Below, in pieces: positions 18,766 through 27,642 of a DNA stretch of 64,000 nt. Made by a program: the position numbers and the translations under genes. Every line of letters begins with the position of its first letter. Within the stretch, counting starts at the first letter, position 1. This DNA is from an uncultured bacterium (GTDB taxonomy: Bacteria > Babelota > Babeliae > Babelales > Babelaceae), in NCBI GenBank assembly GCA_963699275.1, contig OY969428.1, positions 629,110 to 693,109 of the forward strand, read 5' to 3'. The notes beneath the pieces were generated by a model. It was not told where the DNA came from. It did no database searches and saw nothing but the letters and a program-made list of their open reading frames with translations.

Positions 18766-19017
18766 TTATCGTGTCTTTGTCAAAATAACAATCCACAGCG
18801 TTGTTATTAAGCTTCCTCCAAAGAGTATAAAAGGAATTATGCCCCATTGCAAGAAATAGAGCGCTGCTCCTGAAAAGGCAATGATTCGTAAAAGGGGAAT
18901 ATAGGGTTGAGAAAACGTCAGGGCTTTCCCTTGCTGAACAAGGGAAAGCCCATAGTAATAACCCGAAAGGAAACCTATGATGAGCGGGGGAACACCATGA
19001 ATAGTATGCTCAATCAT
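18766..19017 (-). CDS. small 2-3 TM membrane protein in the AtpI/AtpZ position (tentative)
   Basis: 83-aa hydrophobic ORF immediately upstream of atpB on the same strand. The call is positional only. Confidence 0.3.
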   Translation of the reverse strand: MIEHTIHGVPPLIIGFLSGYYYGLSLVQQGKALTFSQPYIPLLRIIAFSGAALYFLQWGIIPFILFGGSLITTLWIVILTKTR

Positions 19018-19029
19018 AGCTCTTTGGCG

Positions 19030-20451
19030 TTAAAACTTTTTGACACCTTTATAACGCCAATAACTGTTCACAACGGAACGAGAACCGGTAACGACGATAA
19101 GACCATTGCGTTCGTCGACAGGTTTTTTAGCAAGCTCCATAGCTTCTGCGAAAGACTTGCACATACGAGTTTTAATTTTCATGCTTTTAAGATCATTGGT
19201 AACTTTTTCAGTGTCCCATGATTCTTCTTCATTAACCCCAATAAGCGGTTCTTCAAGAGGCACAATATAGAGGGTTCCAGAGGTTTTTTTAAAGAAATAT
19301 CGTACTAACTTCAGGAACTCTTCACAGTGCATAGTTCCTCTTGCAGCTGCCATAATAATAGAAAGTCCTTTTAAGGGGCGCGCATAGTGAAGCAACCGGA
19401 CGCCAAGCAGAACATTCTGGAATGCATCCAAGTTTGAGGCTGTATCGAGAAGTACTGGTGGTTTATCTTTATCGAGGGTTTGGAATCGTCCTGGAAGTTC
19501 AATGACTTCCTCTTTCCAATATTGATCGAGAGTTTTTTTCGGTTGTTGTTCAGATTTGCGCTTGTCTTCACGTGTTGGTCGGCCACGTTTGCCTTTTTGT
19601 TTGCTTAGTAAGCTGTCAGCGGTTATGGTAACATTTTTATTGTAGTATCGTTCCATAAATGTTTGAGCTAATCGCTCTGCAAGAGCGGCACAACGACCAT
19701 GCAGCTGTTCAAAGGGGTAATTTAAGGGAGCAAGTTTTCGGATGGGCATGGCCCACTGACCACCTTGCGTATCGGTTAGGTCATTCATTAATTGGAGATT
19801 ATTTTTGCTTTGGTCACCGGAGACCAGATAGGTACCTTTTTTGATGATCCCCATCGTTTCTTTAATAATAGGGGCCAATTCAGATTCAGTAGTATCTACG
19901 TCAGTAGGAGTAATTCGTGTGATAGTAGCGGCAAAGGGATGGCAGATATTAACGGCATCAAATGCGCCACCTTGGCTTACCTCGAGGACTGCAACATCGA
20001 TTTTTTGATCAACAAAATAGAGGAGAGCCATTAGGGTAAGAAGCTCATTACTATATGCGTCGATGCCCAAAGATTCGGCCATATTAATTACATCGTTGCC
20101 GATATCGGTAAATGCTTTATTAGGAATTGCTTCAAGGTTAATTGCTAAACGTTCATTATAGGTGAGTAAATGAGGAGATGAGAACGTCCCGACTTTGAGT
20201 CCTTCCGCTTTTAAAAGTTTTGTGGTCAAATAGGCCGTCAAACTTTTCCCATTGGTTCCTGCGACAAACAAGGTACTGAGCTTACGCGATGGGTGCTCAA
20301 AAGCAGCATCAAGTTGCTTGATTCTGTCAAGGGTTTTGCTGTCTTTGTTCACAGACCAGTGAGCGTCCAGATACTCAGTGACTTCAGTATAGTTCCGCAG
20401 CTTAGTCTGGGGGGAAGTCTTAGATGGGGTTTGTTTTCGAATGTCCATCAT
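19030..20451 (-). CDS. folC: folylpolyglutamate synthase / dihydrofolate synthase (Mur-ligase family)
   Basis: FVAGTNGKSLTAYL (P-loop), GTFSSPHLLTYNERLAIN and VLEVSQGGAFDAVN. It contains a basic insertion of about 30 aa, KQKGKRGRPTREDKRKSEQQPKKT. Confidence 0.8.
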   Translation of the reverse strand: MMDIRKQTPSKTSPQTKLRNYTEVTEYLDAHWSVNKDSKTLDRIKQLDAAFEHPSRKLSTLFVAGTNGKSLTAYLTTKLLKAEGLKVGTFSSPHLLTYNERLAINLEAIPNKAFTDIGNDVINMAESLGIDAYSNELLTLMALLYFVDQKIDVAVLEVSQGGAFDAVNICHPFAATITRITPTDVDTTESELAPIIKETMGIIKKGTYLVSGDQSKNNLQLMNDLTDTQGGQWAMPIRKLAPLNYPFEQLHGRCAALAERLAQTFMERYYNKNVTITADSLLSKQKGKRGRPTREDKRKSEQQPKKTLDQYWKEEVIELPGRFQTLDKDKPPVLLDTASNLDAFQNVLLGVRLLHYARPLKGLSIIMAAARGTMHCEEFLKLVRYFFKKTSGTLYIVPLEEPLIGVNEEESWDTEKVTNDLKSMKIKTRMCKSFAEAMELAKKPVDERNGLIVVTGSRSVVNSYWRYKGVKKF

Positions 20452-20633
20452 AAATTACTCCGTAAATAAAATGTTTCACAATTTTTCAACTGTCACAATT
20501 TCCTGTTGATGTTCATAATAGTAACCCAAAATTTTATTTATGTCAAAATATAAATTCCACATTTTGAAATCTAACGTTAAATTGACAAAAAAATAAAAAG
20601 GAAATGAACTCCGAAATTAATGATCAGATCGTG

Positions 20634-20663
20634 TTGACGAGAATTTAAGAGTGTGCTTATAAT
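20634..20663 (+). promoter_or_regulatory. sigma70-like promoter upstream of the pilin gene
   Basis: TTGACG (20634-20639), an 18-nt spacer, then TATAAT (20658-20663). Confidence 0.35.
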
Positions 20664-20810
20664 GAGACGGGAAAAGAGATTGATTTTTTTTTCCTAATAC
20701 TAGTTTAAACTGAAAAAATGTGATGCCTAGGAAATTTTTTTGAAGTAAGCAAATTTTCTCTTAGTTAAGCATAAAATAAAAGTTAGTTCAAATCAGAAAA
20801 AAGGACCCTC

Positions 20811-21269
20811 GTGCACAACAATTGCGGCTTTACGCTTATTGAACTTATGATCATCGTCGCCATCATCGCCTTTCTTTCAATGCTTTCCGTACCGAGTCTC
20901 TTAAGAGTGTTAGCAAAGGCTAAGCGGGCTGAGGCATATCTCTATTTACATACTCTTGCTCAGGCTCAAAAAGCTTATCATGCTGAACATGGGAGTTACA
21001 CAAAAAAGATAGGCAAAAAAGGCTCTGATTCATTGCAGTGGGAGCCTGAAGGAAACTATAATTATACCTACGGTTTTCCTGAAGGAGCTGAAGGCGACGG
21101 TCATTTCACTGGTCAACTTAACACCCCTCCGTCTCTGCTTTCAGGAGCTACTATCTCAAAAAATGGTTTTATACTCTATGCGGCAGGATACATCTATGGG
21201 GACAAGCCGGACATCATCTCTATAGACCATCACCATGTTATACGAATTGTTAATGATGCATTAGGATAA
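20811..21269 (+). CDS. type IV pilin / pseudopilin with prepilin cleavage-methylation motif
   Basis: GTG start preceded by aagga. Leader MHNNCG then FTLIELMIIVAIIAFLSMLSVPS (G/FTLIE class III signal). Confidence 0.85.
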   Translation: MHNNCGFTLIELMIIVAIIAFLSMLSVPSLLRVLAKAKRAEAYLYLHTLAQAQKAYHAEHGSYTKKIGKKGSDSLQWEPEGNYNYTYGFPEGAEGDGHFTGQLNTPPSLLSGATISKNGFILYAAGYIYGDKPDIISIDHHHVIRIVNDALG

Positions 21270-21999
21270 ATTTTAGATAGTCCTGCAAAAAGACATACAT
21301 GATAGCGGCAATAGCGAGCCAAGGCCCGAAAGCGAGCTTGATAGAGTGCATTTTCTTGTATTTAAAAATGAGCGCTATTCCTGCAAGTGACCCTAAGAAT
21401 GCTCCTATAAAGAGAGTAAGCCAGGCTCCCCAAAGTCCGGTAAATGCGCCAATCATGGCAAGTAGATCAAGATCTCCTTCACCGAGTGCTTCTATCCTTC
21501 TTACCAGATAAAAGAGCCGAGCAATGAGCCATAGTAAGAGGTAGCCAAGAACAGCTCCTAGAACGCTATCGGTAATAGTTAAAGGGAGGGCATGAAAAAG
21601 AGTCAGTACAATGCCTACGGGGATCATTCCGAGTGTCATATAGTCAGAGATAAGCATGCTCTCAAAATCCGTTCTTATAGTTACAATGAGCGCGGAAAAA
21701 AAGAGACCATAGCTGAAGAAATACTGTGGAATAAAGATAGCCAGTAGTGTAAGCACAATTGCTGTAAACAGTTCTATAAAAGGATACAAAAATGAGATAA
21801 GAGCACGACAGTTGCGGCACCGTCCCCAGAGGATGATCCAAGAAACTATCGGGATTAAATCGTACCAGGCAAGGTGGATCTTGCAATTGGTACAAAATGA
21901 GCGACCCAGAATACTATGTCCCTTAATAAGACGATATCCTAGGCAATTTAAGAAGGATCCCCAGCACAGAAATATTAAAAAGAGTAAGACAATCCAGAT
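21250..21999 (-). CDS. pilD: prepilin peptidase (A24 family); 5' end uncertain, no canonical start codon in the conserved N-terminal part
   Basis: The ORF track starts at TTG 21789, but the same frame is open to 22024. There it encodes the expected Cys-rich N-domain (IWIVLLFLIFLCWGSFLNCLGYRLIKGHSILGRSFCTNCKIHLAWYDLIPIVSWIILWGRCRNCRALIS). Downstream lies GEGDLDLLAMIGAFTG. AAGGAG sits 5 nt before ATC 21999. Confidence 0.75.
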   Translation of the reverse strand: MWIVLLFLIFLCWGSFLNCLGYRLIKGHSILGRSFCTNCKIHLAWYDLIPIVSWIILWGRCRNCRALISFLYPFIELFTAIVLTLLAIFIPQYFFSYGLFFSALIVTIRTDFESMLISDYMTLGMIPVGIVLTLFHALPLTITDSVLGAVLGYLLLWLIARLFYLVRRIEALGEGDLDLLAMIGAFTGLWGAWLTLFIGAFLGSLAGIALIFKYKKMHSIKLAFGPWLAIAAIMYVFLQDYLKFILMHH

Positions 22000-22001
22000 G
22001 G

Positions 22002-22364
22002 CTACTCCTTTGTTTTTACACTTTCAATAAGCTGCTCAATGCGCTGAGTTTTTTCAAACTGTTTGTCAAACTTAAAAACTAATTCGGGAGTGTAACGAGA
22101 CTTGACGGTACTTGCTAATGCTTTTCTTAAAGAAGGTTTATAGAGGGTAAGCTGTCTCAGAATTTGATTAAAATGTTCCTCTCCTTGCGCAGTATAAAAG
22201 AAGACGGTACAGACACCTTTGTCAGGAGAGAGTTGGACGCGATTAACGGTAATGCCTTGTAGCCTGCTATCATCGAGTGAGGCTTGTAAGAAAAGCTGTG
22301 ATATTTCTCGAAAAAGGAGGGACTCTTTTTGTGCTCGTTTAACGTTTGATACTGAAGATACCAT
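22002..22364 (-). CDS. rbfA: ribosome-binding factor A
   Basis: RAQKESLLFREISQLFLQASLDDSRLQGITVNRVQLSPDKGVCTVFFY is the typical RbfA pattern. Confidence 0.8.
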   Translation of the reverse strand: MVSSVSNVKRAQKESLLFREISQLFLQASLDDSRLQGITVNRVQLSPDKGVCTVFFYTAQGEEHFNQILRQLTLYKPSLRKALASTVKSRYTPELVFKFDKQFEKTQRIEQLIESVKTKE

Positions 22365-22365
22365 A

Positions 22366-22572
22366 TTAGAATCGCTGAGACGCCATTCTTATCCAATTTT
22401 GTTTAATTGCGCGAAGTAGTTTTTTGCGTCGTTTTTGGGTAGGGGGTTCATAGTAGACGATGCGCTTCATGTCACGTACTATACCCTCACGTTCAATTTT
22501 TTTCTTTAGCTGTTTCAATGCACGATCAACATTATCATGCACATTGATAGAAATATTTGCTCTTCGACTCAT
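22366..22572 (-). CDS. rpsU: 30S ribosomal protein S21
   Basis: INVHDNVDRALKQLKKKIEREGIVRDMKRIVYYEPPTQKRRKK. Confidence 0.85.
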   Translation of the reverse strand: MSRRANISINVHDNVDRALKQLKKKIEREGIVRDMKRIVYYEPPTQKRRKKLLRAIKQNWIRMASQRF

Positions 22573-22765
22573 AAGATCAGCTTGTCCTTTCGTTTGCGGA
22601 ATTTTTTAATTGTATACCTTAGTATAGCGGATTTTATGAAATTGTCCATCGTTTATCAAATACGTGTGTTAGAGCAAAGTGATAAGTTCCCTCTGTACGG
22701 CAAATTGAAAAAAGTTGCCTCATTAATCAAAAAAGAGCTCCGGTTTTGGGTTATTCTAGTTTTCA

Positions 22766-23767
22766 CTAAGAAGCTGTATTAAGAATATAGGCATCAAATG
22801 CAACAAGCCATTGAAGAATCTCGCTGTTCTCCGGCTTCTTGCAGGCAAGATCGAGAGCTCTTTCTCCGCGCATGTCTGTTATCATAACATTAATACCCTG
22901 TTTATTGAGAAGTAGTTTAACTATTTCAGTGTGACCGTAAGCAACCGCAAACATCAGAGCTGTTGTGCCAGAATGATCTTGGGAATTAACATCAACACCC
23001 TCTTTTTCAAGGAGCAACCTCACTGTTTCAGGGTGGTTTTCTATAACGGCAAGTGTGAGAGCGGTTGCGCCCGAAATTTCTTGCGCATTCAAACCTATAC
23101 GAGGGATATCAAGAAGTAACTTTGTAATTTTGGCATGACCATTGTAGGCAGCGAACATAAGAGCCGTCTCGCCACCGACATTTCCCGCATTGAAATCAAT
23201 TCCAGGTTGAGCGAGCAGTACTTCAACAACATCCGTATGTCCTTTTTCAGAGGCAATCATGAGAGGAGTGTCACCATCTAAATTTCGGGCGTTGATATCG
23301 GTAGCAGGTTGGGCGAGGAGAAATCGCACAAATTCCACCGGAGCGCCACGTGCTGCGAGCAAGAGAGGTGTTAATTTGTTTAGAATATTGCACTTGGATT
23401 GTAGTGCTTGGAGTATCGTTATATATTGCACTTCTATACTCTCAGGAGAGATAAATCCAGGAAGTGGCACAATGGGAGCTTGAGCATGTTCAGCGACTTG
23501 AGGTGAAAATTCTGAGGAGGCAACATGGACGCTTACCGTGCTTGACCCCGAGCTGCTTGCCTGTGCAGCAGGAATAAATTGTTGATTGTCTGTTGCCATG
23601 TTTTCAGGAATTAATTCTTGTTGATCAGTTTGGTAAAAGCGAGTTTTTTTAAACTCTTGTTCAGTCGGCTCATTGATGTCATCTATTAGATGTCTTTTTT
23701 TTTCCATGGTGAAGAGAGAATGAGTCGCGAGCAAACATGAGATAATGAGAAAAATGTTAAGTTTCAT
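22766..23767 (-). CDS. ankyrin-repeat protein with N-terminal secretion leader
   Basis: Leader MKLNIFLIISCLLATHSLFT then MEKK. There are at least 6 ANK units (G.TPLM.A...GH...V..LL..PGID.NA). Confidence 0.9.
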   Translation of the reverse strand: MKLNIFLIISCLLATHSLFTMEKKRHLIDDINEPTEQEFKKTRFYQTDQQELIPENMATDNQQFIPAAQASSSGSSTVSVHVASSEFSPQVAEHAQAPIVPLPGFISPESIEVQYITILQALQSKCNILNKLTPLLLAARGAPVEFVRFLLAQPATDINARNLDGDTPLMIASEKGHTDVVEVLLAQPGIDFNAGNVGGETALMFAAYNGHAKITKLLLDIPRIGLNAQEISGATALTLAVIENHPETVRLLLEKEGVDVNSQDHSGTTALMFAVAYGHTEIVKLLLNKQGINVMITDMRGERALDLACKKPENSEILQWLVAFDAYILNTAS

Positions 23768-24004
23768 TGAAATTCCTTTTAGATGTTTTTTATCTCACTA
23801 CAGGAGTGCTGTGAGGGGTTAAATGCATATAAAGTCGTGTTATTTAATTAAGACTTGTCTTTTTCATTCTGCGGATTAATAGTATTTTTTAAATTTAGCG
23901 ATTTGATTTGTAATTTCGAAAGTGGTTTCATTATTTTTCAATGCATAATAATGTTAATGCTACGTTTGCTGAAAATCAAATCACCATAAAACAAAAAGCG
24001 CAGT

Positions 24005-25477
24005 TCAAGCATTAGATGCAAAGCCACTGATTAAAATGCCCGGTTTATTAAGAAGGAGTTCTATAATTTCCGTAAAGCCGCCCCATATTGCAAGCGTTAA
24101 CGCCGTCTCTCCAGATCTACTGCGAGCATTGACCTCGATTTCTTCTTTTTCAAGGAGTAGCTCAACGACTTTTTTATGTCCACAATTGGCGGCTAGCATG
24201 AGTGCGGTCCAACCATCTTCTTCGCGTGCATTTACGGTAACTTCGGGTCTGTCGAGAAGCATCTGTATTGTTTCTGAATCGCCCTTTTCAGCAGCAACCA
24301 TGAGAGGCGTACACCCATCGAGAGACTGAGCATTTACATCAATATGAGGATCTCTAAGAAGTATTCGAACGATCTCTTTGTGTTTTTTGCTAGCGGCAAT
24401 CAAGAGGGCCGTCTCTCCTCGACTATTTTGCGCATTGATGGCGATGCTTGGATGGTTGATGAGGAGTTTAGTAATACCTTTATAACCTTTCTCCGCGGCA
24501 AGTCTCAAAGGAGTAGTTCTCAAGAAGTTTTGAGCATTGACAATAATATCAGGATGAGTAAGCAAAAGTTTAACGAGGTCTGTACGTCCCTTGAGGACAG
24601 CGATTAAGAGAGCATTCCATCCTTTGCTATCTTGAATATTAACATCAATGGTAGTTTGATTAAGGAGTATGCGGGCGCTTTCTATTTGCTCAATGTTTGC
24701 AGCGATCATGAGAGCGGTCCAGCCCTCGTAATTTTGGTCATTAATGTCGATGCGAGGTTTACTCAGAAGTATTTTCATGATTGCGCTATTGCCATATTCG
24801 GCAGCTAGCATAAGAGCACTTCTGCCTCCGGGGCCTTTAGCATTGATATCTGGCATAGATAATTTATCAAGCAATTTAACAATTGCTGCTTGCCCGGTTT
24901 TTGTAGCAATCATGAGAGCGGTATTGCCAATGATATCCCTCATGTAGGGTTTAATACCAGGATCGGTGAGCAGTAACTGCACGATTTCTTCGTGACCACT
25001 GTCCGCAGCCAACATGAGAGGAGTCCAGCCATGTTCATTCTGGACATTGACATTCACGTGTTGAGAAAGAAGCGACCGAACGATCGGTGTATGTCCCTTG
25101 TGCGCAGCAATCATGAGTTGCAGTGTTCCTCCCTTTTTTTCGTGAGCGTGAGTGAACTGTTGCAATTGTAATGGCTTCATTGCGCTTTCTGGCGCATTTC
25201 CAATTAAGAACTGTTCATTACTTGGTTGCTCGATAGTGGGATGAACGCGGCTAGCACGTAAGGATGTCGTAGCTGGCATAGTATTGTGTGGAACTATATT
25301 TTTATCTGTCATTTTCGGAGTCGTAGCATTTTCTGTGCGAGCTTTTTTACACTCAATCTTTTCTTTTGTTTTACTGTCAACGTGCTGCCTTTTTTCCATG
25401 GTAAAGACACTTTGATTTGTCAATAAGAACGAAGTAAGAAGAAAAATTTTGACTTTCATGGACATTCCGAATTTCAT
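24005..25477 (-). CDS. ankyrin-repeat protein with N-terminal secretion leader
   Basis: Probable start is MKVKIFLLTSFLLTNQSVFT-MEKR (25459). About 11 ANK units follow. Confidence 0.9.
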   Translation of the reverse strand: MKFGMSMKVKIFLLTSFLLTNQSVFTMEKRQHVDSKTKEKIECKKARTENATTPKMTDKNIVPHNTMPATTSLRASRVHPTIEQPSNEQFLIGNAPESAMKPLQLQQFTHAHEKKGGTLQLMIAAHKGHTPIVRSLLSQHVNVNVQNEHGWTPLMLAADSGHEEIVQLLLTDPGIKPYMRDIIGNTALMIATKTGQAAIVKLLDKLSMPDINAKGPGGRSALMLAAEYGNSAIMKILLSKPRIDINDQNYEGWTALMIAANIEQIESARILLNQTTIDVNIQDSKGWNALLIAVLKGRTDLVKLLLTHPDIIVNAQNFLRTTPLRLAAEKGYKGITKLLINHPSIAINAQNSRGETALLIAASKKHKEIVRILLRDPHIDVNAQSLDGCTPLMVAAEKGDSETIQMLLDRPEVTVNAREEDGWTALMLAANCGHKKVVELLLEKEEIEVNARSRSGETALTLAIWGGFTEIIELLLNKPGILISGFASNA

Positions 25478-25582
25478 CTAGCACACATCCTTATTATGAT
25501 TAGCAAAGACCAGAGTAAAATTATCAAATTATATCAAACCAAGACTTCTTAATTAAGCGTCTATTTTTATTCATCATTAGTA

Positions 25583-25610
25583 AATATATAGACCGCACAA
25601 ATTTTGTCAA
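25583..25610 (-). promoter_or_regulatory. sigma70-like promoter for the 24005..25477 ankyrin gene
   Basis: The minus strand reads TTGACA (25610-25605), a 16-nt spacer, then TATATT (25588-25583). Confidence 0.35.
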
Positions 25611-25800
25611 ATTCATATAGGGTGCTGATAATTTGGAAAGGTCTTAGAATTAAGCATAAAATACTGATTTCTTCATGTTGGGTTACAGGATTGGCGCATT
25701 CAGACTTACGTATATGGTACATTGCCTATTGAGTATTTTCGCTGATTGTTAATGGTATCGGCTAATGATTATGGTTTGTATAGGATGTTTTTTGATCTTG

Positions 25801-27446
25801 CTAATTTAAAACTTTGCGGTGAGAACGAATCAATTCAGCAGTTTCGGTTTCATCCTCTTCGATAGCTATTTCTAAGGCAGTATTTCCTTCATCATTTTTA
25901 TCATCGAGATTAATACCAGGCTTGGCAAGCAACATTTGCACAACATTCTTATGGCCATAGAAAGCAGCAAGCATAAGCGCGGTCCAACCCGAATGATCTC
26001 TTGTATTGATATTTACTTGAAATTTGTCGATTAATAGCTGAACGACTTGCTTTTTCTCAGTAATGCTTCCTGCTGCGCACATGAGAGCATTCCAACCGTC
26101 AGAATTTTGAGCATTGATATTTATGCCAGGCATCTCAAGTAACAAGAGTGCTATATTTTCGAGATCCTGGATTTTGTCAACTTCGCGATCGTTGTTAAGT
26201 GAAATTGTGAGGGCTGTATCAAGACTTTCGTCTTGCATATTAACATCTATCTGTGGTTGAGCAAGCAACATTTGCACAACATTCTTATGGCCATAGAAAG
26301 CAGCAAGCATAAGCGCGGTCCAACCCGAATGATCTCTTGTATTGATATTTACTTGAAATTTGTCGATTAATAGCTGAACGACTTGCTTTTTCTCAGTAAT
26401 GCTTCCTGCTGCGCACATGAGAGCATTCCAACCGTCAGAATTTTGAGCATTGACATTTATGCCAGGCATCTCAAGTAACAAGAGTGCTATATTTTCGAGA
26501 TCCTGGATTTTGTCAACTTCGCGATCGTTGTTAAGTGAAATTGTGAGGGCTGTATCAAGACTTTCTTCTTGCCTATTAACATCTATCTGTGGTTGAGCAA
26601 GCAACATTTGCACAACATTCTTATGGCCATAGAAAGCAGCAAGCATAAGCGCGGTCCAACCCGAATGATCTCTTGTATTGATATTTACTTGAAATTTGTC
26701 GATTAATAGCTGAACGACTTGCTTTTTCTCAGTAATGCTACCCGCTGCGCACATGAGAGCATCCCAACAGTCAGCATTTCTGGCCTTGACATTTATGCCG
26801 GGCATCTCAAGTAACAAGAGTGCTATATCTTCACGATCATTGCTAAGTGAAATTGTGAGGGCTGTATCAAGATCTTCGTCTTGTATTTTAACATCTATCT
26901 GTGGTTGAGCAAGCAACAATTTTACAATTTCTATGTATCCTTGTTCAGTGGCAGCAATAAGCGCAGTCCAAACGGGATCATGTTCACCATGCGTGTTGTT
27001 GATATCAATGCCAGGCTGTGTAAGTAATAGTTGCACGATGTCTTTGTGGCCGTTCATAGCGGCCAGTATGAGAGCAGTCATGCAGCAATTACGAGCATTG
27101 ATATCGATGCCAGGTTGTTTCAGGAGGACGCGAACGATTTCCACATGACCATTGTTAGCTGCGCACATGAGAGGAGAGTTTCCTTCTTCGTTTTGTGCAT
27201 TGATGGCAATATATGGTTTGCCAAGGAGTGCATTGACGATTTCTAATTGACCACTTTCAGCGGCAAGTATGAGGGCTTTTGCATAGTCGTGGGCTTCAAC
27301 AACGTCTGATCTTGATCCCGAGTTACGCGAGTTTTCTTGGAACCTTGCTCAGTTACAACATCATTGAGAATTCTCCTTTTTTCCATCGTAAAAAGAGAAT
27401 GATATGTTGTGAAACATGAAATAATGATAAATACTTTAATGCGCAT
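25801..27446 (-). pseudogene. ankyrin-repeat gene with a frame break between the leader and the repeat region
   Basis: The leader ORF 27243..27446 (MRIKVFIIISCFTTYHSLFT-MEKR...) and the ANK ORF are in different frames. The ANK ORF is open upstream of the M at 27168, to about 27350, and the two overlap at about 27245-27350. One indel would fuse them. Confidence 0.7.
25925..26915 (-). repeat. three tandem 336-bp (112-aa) near-identical intragenic repeats
   Basis: The unit beginning gcaagcaacatttgcacaacattcttatgg recurs at 25925, 26261 and 26597. Copies 1 and 2 are almost identical. Copy 3 is more diverged and has a short deletion. Confidence 0.9.
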
Positions 27447-27642
27447 GACTTACCTTTTTTTAATGAAGTGCTTTCTCTTATTCTTCATCGGTAAATAGCC
27501 TAAAAAAGAAATTGTCACTTGGTGATAGCATCATTTATGTGGCACGGTTTTGCTTAATTAATCGGAAAAATACTTTCTCCACAGAAATAACAATGACTTA
27601 TACTATCCAAAGGCTCAATATTGCCTTTGATTTCTTTTGTTA

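Noticed and set aside
21662-22030. ORFs 21662..21895 (minus) and 21812..22030 (plus)
   Set aside because: They are out of frame or antisense relative to the prepilin peptidase N-domain, whose Cys-rich motif is read in the frame continuous with 21250..21789.
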